A DNA stretch of 32,000 nt from Thermoproteus tenax Kra 1 (lineage in GTDB: Archaea > Thermoproteota > Thermoprotei > Thermoproteales > Thermoproteaceae). The stretch is taken from the NCBI RefSeq assembly GCF_000253055.1, contig NC_016070.1, forward strand, positions 1,809,543-1,841,542, in the 5' to 3' direction. The notes beneath the pieces were generated by a model that made no database searches, was not told the origin of the DNA, and saw only the letters and a list, made by a program, of their open reading frames with translations. Shown here piece after piece: positions 9,394 to 18,237 of the stretch (positions are counted from its first letter, which is position 1; every line of letters starts with the position of its first letter). Both the position numbers and the translations under genes were made by a program.

Positions 9394-10682
9394 TGACTAT
9401 AGAGGAAGTCCTCAGAGAGGCGTCTGCGCTTGTGACGCCCGGGCCCGAGTTGGCCAAGGAGGCTAGGGAGATCTCGACTCGCTTCACAGAGTACGTGGAG
9501 AGCTTGTTGTTGAGACTCGGCATTGAGGGAGAGGTGAAGCCCCTGGGCTCCTCCGCTAGGGACACATGGCTACCTGAGAGCGCCGATGTTGATATATTTA
9601 TAATTCTACCCAGGAGGTACGAGAGAGGGCTCATAGACGCCTTGGTTGAAAAAATAAAGGCTGAGATGCTCAGAGACGGCATAGTCGCTGAGACAAGATA
9701 TGCAGAACATCCCTATGTTGTCGTCCGCGAGGGCAGATGGGAAGTCGACGTAGTCCCATGCTTTCAGATCTCGCCCGGCGAGAGGCCTCTCACAGCTGCG
9801 GACAGATCCCCGCTCCATCACGCATATCTCTCCGCGAGGCTCGACGAACGGCTGAGGCTGGAGGTAAGGCTGTTGAAGAGGTTCTTAAAGACCATTGGCG
9901 TCTACGGAGCCGAGGTGAAAGTGGAGGGATTCTCCGGCTATCTGGCTGAGCTCTTGACTGTACACTTCGGGTCCTTCATTTCAGTTTTGAAGAACGCCGC
10001 GACTTGGAGGCCCTACCGAACGGTGATAGATCCAGCGGGCCACTACGGGGATCCCCGCGAGCTTCGGAGAAAGTTCAAGAGTCCCCTCGTCGTAGTAGAT
10101 CCAGTAGATCCCAATAGGAATGTGGCCGCGGCGGTTTCCTTGACATCGTTTTCCACCTTCGTGCTTGCCGCCAGAAGGTTCCTCAAGAGCCCCTCTCTGT
10201 CCTATTTTGTCCCAAGGCGTAGCGACAGCTACGTGCCAGTGCCAGCCTTGGTGATCAGGTTTGAATATCCGCATAAATCGCCTGACGTCGTCTGGGGCAT
10301 GTTTAAACGGTATGCAAGAGCGCTCGCCAACAAGCTAGAGGAGTGCGGATTCAAAGTGATGAGGGTTGGCGTTGATAGCGATGAGAGGACGTACGTGGAC
10401 GTGGCTTTACTCCTCGAGTCGCTTCGCTTGCCGGAGTTCGAGCTACATAGAGGCCCTCCGGCGTACAGCGAGTCGGCGGATAAATTCGTGGAGAAATATC
10501 TGGGCCAAGACGTGGTGGGTCCCTTCGTTGAGGGCACGCGCGTGTACGTTATACGTCGCAGGAAGGTGCAAGATGCCGAGATGTGTATAAAGAAGGCGCT
10601 GAAAGAGCTGGGTCTCTCGCCCACTGAGATAAAACTCGGCGTATACCCGCCCCTCTCTGGAGGGAACCCCTGGATAACTTAA
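9390..10682 (+). CDS. cca: Archaeal class I CCA-adding enzyme
   Basis: KPLGSSARDTWLPESADVDIFIILP nucleotidyltransferase motif and GFSGYLAELL; about 430 aa. Confidence 0.95.
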   Translation: MMTIEEVLREASALVTPGPELAKEAREISTRFTEYVESLLLRLGIEGEVKPLGSSARDTWLPESADVDIFIILPRRYERGLIDALVEKIKAEMLRDGIVAETRYAEHPYVVVREGRWEVDVVPCFQISPGERPLTAADRSPLHHAYLSARLDERLRLEVRLLKRFLKTIGVYGAEVKVEGFSGYLAELLTVHFGSFISVLKNAATWRPYRTVIDPAGHYGDPRELRRKFKSPLVVVDPVDPNRNVAAAVSLTSFSTFVLAARRFLKSPSLSYFVPRRSDSYVPVPALVIRFEYPHKSPDVVWGMFKRYARALANKLEECGFKVMRVGVDSDERTYVDVALLLESLRLPEFELHRGPPAYSESADKFVEKYLGQDVVGPFVEGTRVYVIRRRKVQDAEMCIKKALKELGLSPTEIKLGVYPPLSGGNPWIT

Positions 10683-10687
10683 AGATT

Positions 10688-11140
10688 TTGAGGCATGAAT
10701 TTAAATTTCGAAGAAAAATGAATGCCATGGATGTATACACTTTGAAGTTCTACAAGAGGGCATCGGACTTCCTCGCGGAGTTAGATAGAGAAATAGCAGA
10801 TCTGGAGAACTCCACGAGGGCTCTCGGCGCCGAGGTTGAGCAATTGAAATCCGCCGCCGATAAGTATATGAAGATCCAGAACCTAGTGAAGAAGTTCGGA
10901 GGGGGAGAGACGGAGCACCCGCCTGTCGAGGTAACGGGTCTAGGCATATATATAGAGCCGAGCCCGTCCACGAAGTACAATATCTACGTCCAGTCCTATT
11001 CCCATATGCTCGACCTACTCTCTGTACTAAAGAAGGTGAGGGAGGTGGCAGGGGCCGTGATAAAGGAGGGAGATCTGTCGGAGGCTCCTGTGGCGGTTCA
11101 GTTTAAACAGGGAGTGCCCGTCAAGCTAATTATTCTGTAA
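10688..11140 (+). CDS. Hypothetical coiled-coil protein (start may be internal, near 10721 or 10730)
   Basis: Clean ORF directly after cca; predicted heptad-like N-terminus FLAELDREIADLENSTRALGAEVEQL. Confidence 0.65.
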   Translation: MRHEFKFRRKMNAMDVYTLKFYKRASDFLAELDREIADLENSTRALGAEVEQLKSAADKYMKIQNLVKKFGGGETEHPPVEVTGLGIYIEPSPSTKYNIYVQSYSHMLDLLSVLKKVREVAGAVIKEGDLSEAPVAVQFKQGVPVKLIIL

Positions 11141-11927
11141 GAATTAAACGTCGGAAGGTTACCCCTCCGACTATTATAGGTGCATTCTTCTCAACGCCTA
11201 ACCTACGCGCCAATACATCGCATTTTGCGCGGAACAGCAAAAGCGCAGGCTTCCCGAGGCCCCACTCAAGGTACGCCTCGGCGTTTGCTATGCCCTTGGC
11301 TATCAAGAAGCCGCCCTCAAGCCACCTAATAGGCGATATATTGCCGGGCGTCCTCAGCTGGCTTCCCAGCGGGAGCGAGTCCCCCATTGTGTCTATCTCA
11401 TACGGCTCAGACCTCACAACGGATGTCACCGATATTCCGTTCCTCTCCAGGGCTTGTATAACGACGTAGTCGATCTGAGCCTCGCCCTCGTTGTCAAGGA
11501 CGTAGAGGACTCTCTCCGGTATCCTCTCCGGTATCTCCTCTATCGCTGGCTCGTCCCAGATAGCCAGCTCTAGCTTCTTAGGCTTATAACCTAAGACGTT
11601 TGAGTCGATTATATTGGCGGCTGCGGCGATGCGCAGAGCCATCTTGAGGTCCCATCCGCTTGCCTCTAACTTCCTCTCTACGATAGACGCGACCTCCCTC
11701 CCTATTTCAACGAGCCTCTTCTTATATTCTGCGTATGGATCTTGTGAGCTCAACAGCCTGGCCACCTCCCTGAAGCTCTCCGCGAAGGCCTCGCTCCTGC
11801 TCCCCTTTTGTATCGCCTCAGAGAGATACGAAAGTAGCTTGGGCAGATTGTGGACGCCCCCCAGCTTTATTAGATCAGAGGTTCTGGACTGAATAAGGCA
11901 GAGCTTGCATTCATTCTCAAGCCACAT
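11130..11927 (-). CDS. DUF89 / ARMT1-like metal-dependent phosphatase family
   Basis: ECKLCLIQ N-terminus, VLYVLDNEGEAQIDYVVIQAL, VVRSEPYEIDTMGD, GFLIAKGIANAEAY, LLLFRAKCDVLARRLGV. Confidence 0.85.
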   Translation of the reverse strand: MWLENECKLCLIQSRTSDLIKLGGVHNLPKLLSYLSEAIQKGSRSEAFAESFREVARLLSSQDPYAEYKKRLVEIGREVASIVERKLEASGWDLKMALRIAAAANIIDSNVLGYKPKKLELAIWDEPAIEEIPERIPERVLYVLDNEGEAQIDYVVIQALERNGISVTSVVRSEPYEIDTMGDSLPLGSQLRTPGNISPIRWLEGGFLIAKGIANAEAYLEWGLGKPALLLFRAKCDVLARRLGVEKNAPIIVGGVTFRRLILTE

Positions 11928-12930
11928 TGTTTAGGACTTCGGCGACTTTTAATATATCCTCCCTTGTGACATCGCCCATAACGCCGACTCTGACGACTTT
12001 GTCCTTGTAGGGCCCCATGCCGGCGCTTGCCACATAGCCGGCATCCCTCAGAGACTTAAGGGCGCTCTTCACATCGTTGACGAAGAACGCGGCAACCGTG
12101 TTGCTCCTGAAGCGAGGCTCTGGCACAGGCTTAAGCTTTACAGATCCATAAAGCAGATCCATGCGTTCCCTGTGCATTTCGACGTATCTTTCGAGCCCGA
12201 GCCCCAAGATGTACTCCAGAGATGCCTCAAGTGCGTAGATCACAGATATGGGGGGCGTATAGGGGGTATCTAGAGTTGAGGGGACCTTTAAGTACCCCTT
12301 GAGGTCCATGGCCGGAGGGACCCCGCTTCTCGCGGCCGGCTCGGCGTTGAGGAAAAGGATCGCCGCGCCGGGGGGCGCCATGAAGGCCTTGTGCGACGCA
12401 GTCGCCACCACGTCTATACCCGGGGGCAGAGGCTCCGCAGGCATGCCCGAGACGCTGTCCACCAACAACAGAGCCCCGTGGCTTTTCACTACGTCGGCCA
12501 CCTTAGCTAACTGTTTATATGCTATCCCCATGCTGGTCTCGTTGTGGACTAGGGCGACAGCCTTAACTTCTCCCATTTTTCTTATCTTGTCGTCGACTTC
12601 CTCAGGCTCAGGCGGTCTCTGCACCTCCCACTCATACACCTCGGCGCCTCGAGACCTCAGAGACGCGGTTAGCCTCTTGCCGAACTCGCCGAATACTATG
12701 GACAACACTCTGTCACCTGGATTTACGTAGTTATAGACCATTGTATCAACCGCCAGAGTGCCTGTGCCGGGCATTATAACCGGGGTGCCCGAATACACCT
12801 TCGATATTCTGTCAAGAACGGACTTGAGGCTCTGTTTAAACTCCTCAGATCTGTGGAACGCCGGCTGTCTGTACATCGCCTTGATGACGAAGTCGGGGAG
12901 CTGTATCGGGCCCGGTGTTAAGTACTTCAT
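11917..12930 (-). CDS. Class V aminotransferase (serine-pyruvate/alanine-glyoxylate type)
   Basis: YLTPGPIQLPDFV, VHNETSMGI, LLVDSVSGMPAE, TASHKAFMAPPG (PLP lysine). Confidence 0.93.
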   Translation of the reverse strand: MKYLTPGPIQLPDFVIKAMYRQPAFHRSEEFKQSLKSVLDRISKVYSGTPVIMPGTGTLAVDTMVYNYVNPGDRVLSIVFGEFGKRLTASLRSRGAEVYEWEVQRPPEPEEVDDKIRKMGEVKAVALVHNETSMGIAYKQLAKVADVVKSHGALLLVDSVSGMPAEPLPPGIDVVATASHKAFMAPPGAAILFLNAEPAARSGVPPAMDLKGYLKVPSTLDTPYTPPISVIYALEASLEYILGLGLERYVEMHRERMDLLYGSVKLKPVPEPRFRSNTVAAFFVNDVKSALKSLRDAGYVASAGMGPYKDKVVRVGVMGDVTREDILKVAEVLNNVA

Positions 12931-13856
12931 AGCCTCTTAACTGCCTCAAGTATATTTAGAGCCAGCTCCTCAGCCAGCCTATCATAGGCCTCGTATGTCT
13001 CAGAGCCTACGTGTGGCGTCACCACTATTTTCTCGCTTGCCAACAGCTTGCGTACCGTCTCGCTCTTTGGGGGCTCCTCCGGCAGTACGTCCAAGCCGAC
13101 TCCCCACAACCTATCTATATGTTTAGCCAAGGCGTCTATATCGATGACCTCGCCTCTGCTCGTGTTCACTAGTATAGCCCCGTCTTTGATCAACGACAGC
13201 TTCTCGTTGTCGAGGAGTTTATACGTGGCGGGCGTCAACGGGACGTGGACCGAGATCACGTCGCTCTCCCTTAATAGCCTCTCCAGAGGGACTTGGGCGG
13301 CGCCCATCTTGGCCGCCTCTGCCGACACATCGATAATATCCGACGTCACCACCTTCATTCCGAGCGCTAGCCCATATTGGGCGACCGTGCGTCCTATTCT
13401 GCCGAACCCTATGACTCCCAGAGTCTTTCCGAAGAGCTCTTTACCTATATACTTCCCCTTGGGCCAACCGCCGGCTTTTACCTCCTTATCCAACAGAGGT
13501 ATCCTCCTAGCTACTGCCAGGATAAGGCCGAGAGTCAGCTCGGCGGCGCTCCTAGTGGGTGCATTGGGCGCGTTGATCACTGCGATGCCGCGCTTGATGG
13601 CGTAGTCCACAGCTATGTTATCGAGGCCTACCCCATATCGCGCCACTATCTTGAGCCTTGTGCCGCGGTCGATGACCTCCTTATCGACCTTGGTCCTGCT
13701 CCTCACGACAAGTATTTCGTACCCCTCAATGAGTTTGAGAAGGTCCTCGCGCGAGATGCCCGGCCTATAGTCCACCTCGATATTCCCCCTCCTGAGGTGT
13801 TCCACGAGCTTGTCGCTCGTCTGATCCGCTATCAGGACCCTCATTGGCCCCCTCAT
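12927..13856 (-). CDS. serA: D-3-phosphoglycerate dehydrogenase
   Basis: GKTLGVIGFGRIGRTVAQYGLALGMKV, NAPTRSAAELTLGLILAVAR, INTSRGEVID, VTPHVGSETYEA. Generic 2-hydroxyacid dehydrogenase is the alternative. Confidence 0.85.
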   Translation of the reverse strand: MRGPMRVLIADQTSDKLVEHLRRGNIEVDYRPGISREDLLKLIEGYEILVVRSRTKVDKEVIDRGTRLKIVARYGVGLDNIAVDYAIKRGIAVINAPNAPTRSAAELTLGLILAVARRIPLLDKEVKAGGWPKGKYIGKELFGKTLGVIGFGRIGRTVAQYGLALGMKVVTSDIIDVSAEAAKMGAAQVPLERLLRESDVISVHVPLTPATYKLLDNEKLSLIKDGAILVNTSRGEVIDIDALAKHIDRLWGVGLDVLPEEPPKSETVRKLLASEKIVVTPHVGSETYEAYDRLAEELALNILEAVKRL

Positions 13857-13928
13857 GAGGGGGGTTTTTAAAAATACGCCGGACTAATGTACAAGTCATT
13901 TTTAAAATGGTGTGCATTAATTCATTAA

Positions 13929-13981
13929 ATGTGATGATATTACGGTCTACTTAACGATGACGACGAGACCGACTACTGAGT
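13929..13981 (+). ncRNA. Candidate box C/D sRNA
   Basis: GTGATGA (13931-13937), about 12-nt guide, weak D' (ctta), C'-like cGATGAc (13955-13961), 14-nt guide, CTGA (13976-13979). Confidence 0.5.
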
Positions 13982-14014
13982 TAAAATATTTTAATGAGTT
14001 GAACTATTTCACCG

Positions 14015-14872
14015 ATGGGAGTCTCAGACTCTATTTACAATGTCCTCAAAACCTTAGTAGAGATATACAATCGACAAAATACTCCTGTTAAATCTAAGGA
14101 GATCGCGGAGGAGCTCAAAGTCCACGAGGGGTATATACGCAATATAATGTCAGTCTTAAAATCGATGGGCCTCGTCTTGAGCAAAGCGGGACCCCACGGA
14201 GGCTATGTGCCGACATCCAAGGCCTACGATATAATCAGCAAACAGACCATGTCCGTGCCTGTGTATCACAACAACAACGTGATAGGCTATGCGCTTGATA
14301 TAACGCTGATAGGGCTGTTGACTGAGAAGCCTCTGGCGTCCGTGAGAGTCTTGGGCGATCTCTCGCCGTATTTAAACAAGGAGGTCAGAGTGGGGCCTCT
14401 GCCGAGCGGCATCGTTATATTGGGCAAACTCGTTAAGGCGGACCTCGAGTCCCTAATCGAGGTGGGCTCCGTGGTCTCAATACCGCACGTGCCTGTGAGC
14501 GAAATAATGACCAGAAAGCCCTTGACCGCCAGGCCGGACGACCCTCTGGAGAAGTATCTCGACGTGTTGTCCAAGAGAAGATATAGAGGAATCCCCGTCG
14601 TGGACGACCAAGGGAGGCCCATCGGGCTGTTAATGACGTCGAAAGTCATCGAGGCGTTGGCCCGTTGCAATCAGAACGTAAAGGTGGGCGATATAATGAC
14701 GACGAACCCGCCAGTGATAAACGCCTCCGACGACATCTATGAGGCGATAGGCTCCATGATATCGAACAACATAGGCAGACTGCTGGTCGTAGACGACGAG
14801 GGCAAGCTGGTCGGTATCGTTACTAGGACAGATATATTGAGTAGAATAGCGTCCCTAGAGCTCATAGGGTGA
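14015..14872 (+). CDS. HTH transcriptional regulator with C-terminal CBS pair
   Basis: N-terminal winged helix (SKEIAEELKVHEGYIRNIMSVLKSMGLV) and two CBS motifs (MTRKPLTARPDDPLEKYLDVL; MTTNPPVINASDDIYEAIGSM). Confidence 0.88.
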   Translation: MGVSDSIYNVLKTLVEIYNRQNTPVKSKEIAEELKVHEGYIRNIMSVLKSMGLVLSKAGPHGGYVPTSKAYDIISKQTMSVPVYHNNNVIGYALDITLIGLLTEKPLASVRVLGDLSPYLNKEVRVGPLPSGIVILGKLVKADLESLIEVGSVVSIPHVPVSEIMTRKPLTARPDDPLEKYLDVLSKRRYRGIPVVDDQGRPIGLLMTSKVIEALARCNQNVKVGDIMTTNPPVINASDDIYEAIGSMISNNIGRLLVVDDEGKLVGIVTRTDILSRIASLELIG

Positions 14873-15655
14873 GATATTGCAATCAAACTCGGCCTGTTCA
14901 ACCCTTTTGAAGGCCAGATAGCCGGCCACGCGCCTTACGGCCTCGCAGAGGGCCTCCGCAGGGTCTCCCTTCCTCAACATCACCGCGGCGAAGACCGCCA
15001 AAAAAATATCGCCGCTACCCGTGGTATCCTCCACGTCTATGCTGGCGCTGTGCGCATAAAAGATCCGTTTGTTGACTGCCATGTACGCACCCAGAGCGCC
15101 TCTGGTATACAGGACTATACGCCATTTGTCGTTGAACTTAAGTATATCGCGCGGCTCTAGGGCCACATCGTCGTCTGAGAAGTGGAGTATATCTGCCTCA
15201 AGCGGCTCTGTCCTAGAGCGGATGAAGCCTTGTAGATCGACGGCCGAAATGTCTGCGTAGAAATCCACACGCCCGATCTCGTCATAGACGGGGTTTATGA
15301 TGATCAAGGGCGCCTCGAATGTCCCTGATATCTTGACGGTGGGTCTCCTCAAGGCTCTGCTAGCTCTGGGCCTAACTCTGTAGTCAAGCTCGAAGACCGT
15401 GGTCGCGTCGCCCTCGATAAGCTTGGGCCTAACTCCTATCCTCGAGAGCTCCTCCTCTATAAACTTTCTATCTTCGGGTCCCACGACGCCCACAGCCTCG
15501 ACGTCATAGCCCAACGCCGTAAGGGCCATGCCCATGAAATAAGGAGGTCCGCCCATCCTCCTGGCAACTCCCTCGCTCGTTATCACGTAGTCTATAGTGG
15601 GGTTGGCTATCACTATGCTTCTCATCGGGGGCAAATCAATAATTACTTTAAACAT
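14855..15655 (-). CDS. PfkB/ribokinase family sugar kinase (likely start at 15634, MRSIVIANPTIDYV)
   Basis: C-terminal DTTGSGDIFLAVF motif and GGPPYFMGMALTALG. Confidence 0.85.
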   Translation of the reverse strand: MFKVIIDLPPMRSIVIANPTIDYVITSEGVARRMGGPPYFMGMALTALGYDVEAVGVVGPEDRKFIEEELSRIGVRPKLIEGDATTVFELDYRVRPRASRALRRPTVKISGTFEAPLIIINPVYDEIGRVDFYADISAVDLQGFIRSRTEPLEADILHFSDDDVALEPRDILKFNDKWRIVLYTRGALGAYMAVNKRIFYAHSASIDVEDTTGSGDIFLAVFAAVMLRKGDPAEALCEAVRRVAGYLAFKRVEQAEFDCNISPYEL

Positions 15656-15663
15656 CTTCCACT

Positions 15664-16815
15664 ATGCGGCGCAAGACCTTAGCTGTTAGAGGGCATGGAT
15701 GGAGAGATCAGTTCGGCTCCCCTCTGCCCCCTATATACACGACGGCCATCTTTGAGCAAGTGGGGGAGGCGCGCAAGAGCGACAGAGGGGCGGACCTAAA
15801 GTACGCCCGTGAAGAGAACCCAACAGTCAGAGCCTTCGAGAGGGCTGTGGCCCAGTTGGAGCTCGGAGAGGACGCCCTCGCCTTCAACAGCGGAATGGCC
15901 TCAATAACCACTCTCTCTTTCTATCTGCTTAGCTCTGGGGACCTGCTCCTGACGACTAAGGAGGCGTATGGCGCCACTCTGAAGTTCTTTTCTTTTCTGG
16001 AGGGCAAATACGGGGTGAAGGCCGTAAAGGTTTTCCCAGAGACAGACGCTGTGGTCGAGGCAGTCAAGGGGAGGCCCAAAGTGGTCTTCCTGGAGACTAT
16101 TACTAACCCCACTTTGAGAGTCTTGGACGTACCTGAGGTCATCAAGGCTGCGAGAGATATAGGCGCCACCGTGGTGGTCGACAACACCTTTGCAACGCCA
16201 GTGTTGGCCAATCCCCTGGGATGGGGTGCCGACTACGTAGTTCATTCAGCCACAAAGTACATAGCAGGACACAACGATGTAGTAGGGGGAGTTGTAGTGG
16301 GCAAACGGATTGAGTTGGAGTTGTGGAGCCATCGGGCGATGCTCGGAAGCATTATGCAGCCGTTTGAGGCCTTCCTCTGCCTAAGAGGCATGAAGACGTT
16401 GTTCCAGCGCGTTGAGGCCCAGAGCAAGAGCGCCATGGCCATAGCCGAGTTCCTCTCGGAGCACAGCAAAGTCAAGGAAGTCCTATACCCAGGCCTTCCC
16501 ACGCATCCCAACCACGATGTAGCAAGAAGGCTGTTCGGAGGACTTTACGGCGGGGTGCTCTCCTTCAGAGTGAGGGGAGGCAGAAGAGAGGTGGAGAGGG
16601 TCTTGTCGTCCCTAAAGCTTATAACACCGAGCCCCAGCCTTGGCGGCACAGAGACTATAGCCACCTATCCTATCTTAAGCGCCGCCTCGCCGATACCTGA
16701 GGAGGACAGAAGGGAGTTAGGCATAACCGAGGACTTGATAAGGCTCTCGGTGGGTCTTGAGGACGTAGAGGACTTGATAGAGGATCTAGATCAAGCGCTA
16801 AAGTCCATCAACTGA
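15664..16815 (+). CDS. Cys/Met metabolism PLP-dependent enzyme (cystathionine gamma-synthase/lyase-like)
   Basis: YTTAIFEQVGEA, GMASITT, VDNTFATPVLANPLGWGADYVVHSATKYIAGHNDVVGG, SVGLEDVEDLIEDLDQAL. Confidence 0.95.
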   Translation: MRRKTLAVRGHGWRDQFGSPLPPIYTTAIFEQVGEARKSDRGADLKYAREENPTVRAFERAVAQLELGEDALAFNSGMASITTLSFYLLSSGDLLLTTKEAYGATLKFFSFLEGKYGVKAVKVFPETDAVVEAVKGRPKVVFLETITNPTLRVLDVPEVIKAARDIGATVVVDNTFATPVLANPLGWGADYVVHSATKYIAGHNDVVGGVVVGKRIELELWSHRAMLGSIMQPFEAFLCLRGMKTLFQRVEAQSKSAMAIAEFLSEHSKVKEVLYPGLPTHPNHDVARRLFGGLYGGVLSFRVRGGRREVERVLSSLKLITPSPSLGGTETIATYPILSAASPIPEEDRRELGITEDLIRLSVGLEDVEDLIEDLDQALKSIN

Positions 16816-16840
16816 TTTAAGTAGAGGCCAACAAGCTCAT

Positions 16841-17257
16841 ATGAGAGTCGTCAGAACGGGTCTGCCGGTGACCGAGCTCCTAAACGAGCTCAGATCGGAC
16901 CTACAGAGGGACGACTTGGAGGCGATGCAGAGGATACCTGCGCCGAAGGCTGGCGAGAGGTATAGAGACATAATAGCCGAGCTGTTCACCAAGTTCGGCG
17001 CTGCGGCTGTATATATCTACGTCAAAACCTCAAGGGGGGAGAAGCGGTATACAGTGCTCGCGCGTTATGACTGGTCGCTCGGAGGCTTCGCCGAGGGCTG
17101 GATTATTGAGGGCGACCAAGTCAGAATTTTCGAGCCAATTGGGATCAGCCTCAGCCAATTCGGCGCCACGTTGGAGGAGTTCGGCGACTTGTTCTGGAGG
17201 ACGGAGAATGCGCTGGCGGCTAGAAAAGTTGAGGCCGCTGGAAGGGAGACCCTCTAG
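16841..17257 (+). CDS. Hypothetical protein
   Basis: Intact 138-aa ORF with 4-nt overlap to the convergent rps4e. Confidence 0.6.
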   Translation: MRVVRTGLPVTELLNELRSDLQRDDLEAMQRIPAPKAGERYRDIIAELFTKFGAAAVYIYVKTSRGEKRYTVLARYDWSLGGFAEGWIIEGDQVRIFEPIGISLSQFGATLEEFGDLFWRTENALAARKVEAAGRETL

Positions 17258-17961
17258 CTTATTTTTATCGACGCCTCTCCTACGGGCATAACGTAGTCGA
17301 TAATGGTCCTTCTGACCTCGTCGCCGCTCTTCAACGCCACCGTCGAGAGCTTGCGTTTGAGCGTCCAGTTTATCTCCACCAACTGCCCGAAGAAGCCTGT
17401 GTTGCCTCCGTCGAATATTAGCGCGTTGACGCCCAACTTAAATGGCACATGTTGCTTGATCCTTCGCTCAGAGAGCGAATATACGACGGAGTCGAAGGTC
17501 TTATACCTTAGACCCTCGTCTGGGCTCAATATGAGATTCCTGCCGTCGTGGAAATGCAGTTGTATCCTATTGCCGGACACGTAGTTCTTCCCCTCTACTC
17601 GGAGAAGCTTGAGGTCGGCTTCGCCACTGGATATAGCCACCGGCCTTATGTACTTCACGGGGTCCGGCACTATCCTGTAGACTTCGCCAGTGGGCACTAT
17701 CTCCACTATGTCCATGACCCCTACAGGGAATTTATACTCCCTCCGCACTCTGCCGTCAACTTTTATATAGCCTCGCGAGATTATATACCTTGCCTCTCTC
17801 AGAGTTTTGGCGTATCGTAACAAGTCTCTGACAAAGATGGCAAGGGGCATGGACCTATGGAGCTTATGCGGTCCCGTGACAGGCCTTACGGTCCATACGC
17901 CGCCCTCCTTCCTTGCTATTGGCCACCACGCCGGGGATGCCGCGCGTCGAAGATGGGGCAT
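17254..17961 (-). CDS. rps4e: Ribosomal protein S4e
   Basis: HLRRAASPAWWPIARKEGGVWTVRPVTGPHKLHRSMPLAIFVRDLLRYAKT...GRVRREYKFPVGVMDIVEI. Confidence 0.97.
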   Translation of the reverse strand: MPHLRRAASPAWWPIARKEGGVWTVRPVTGPHKLHRSMPLAIFVRDLLRYAKTLREARYIISRGYIKVDGRVRREYKFPVGVMDIVEIVPTGEVYRIVPDPVKYIRPVAISSGEADLKLLRVEGKNYVSGNRIQLHFHDGRNLILSPDEGLRYKTFDSVVYSLSERRIKQHVPFKLGVNALIFDGGNTGFFGQLVEINWTLKRKLSTVALKSGDEVRRTIIDYVMPVGEASIKIS

Positions 17962-17983
17962 GCCCCACCCTTCAGGAGGCTTT

Positions 17984-18193
17984 TTAAGACTTTTCCTCGG
18001 CAGAGGAGTACTTCCGGTAGAGTATAGGCGCTATTATCCCTACGGCTATCCCCAAACCTCCTAGAGCAACGTCGCGGATGACTATGTCGTTTGATAACAC
18101 ATTAGCTAGAGATATGTCGTTAATGATTATGATAAGGCCCGTAAGCGCGGCCACTGCGCTTAATACATAGACTAGCACTGAACGCGCGCTCAT
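17984..18193 (-). CDS. Small two-helix membrane protein, unknown function
   Basis: 69 aa: VLVYVLSAVAALTGLIIIIND and DVALGGLGIAVGIIAPILY hydrophobic helices. Confidence 0.5.
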   Translation of the reverse strand: MSARSVLVYVLSAVAALTGLIIIINDISLANVLSNDIVIRDVALGGLGIAVGIIAPILYRKYSSAEEKS

Positions 18194-18237
18194 GCTATCA
18201 GAAGCAACCCCTTTATTTAACGTATTGTCTTACGTGC

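Noticed and set aside
9323-9682. Antisense ORF spanning the thpR/cca junction
   Set aside because: Both sense frames are well supported; the antisense frame is a by-product of codon bias.
13377-13871. Antisense ORFs over serA (13377..13871, 13048..13605)
   Set aside because: Fully overlapped by the well-supported serA reading frame; no motif.
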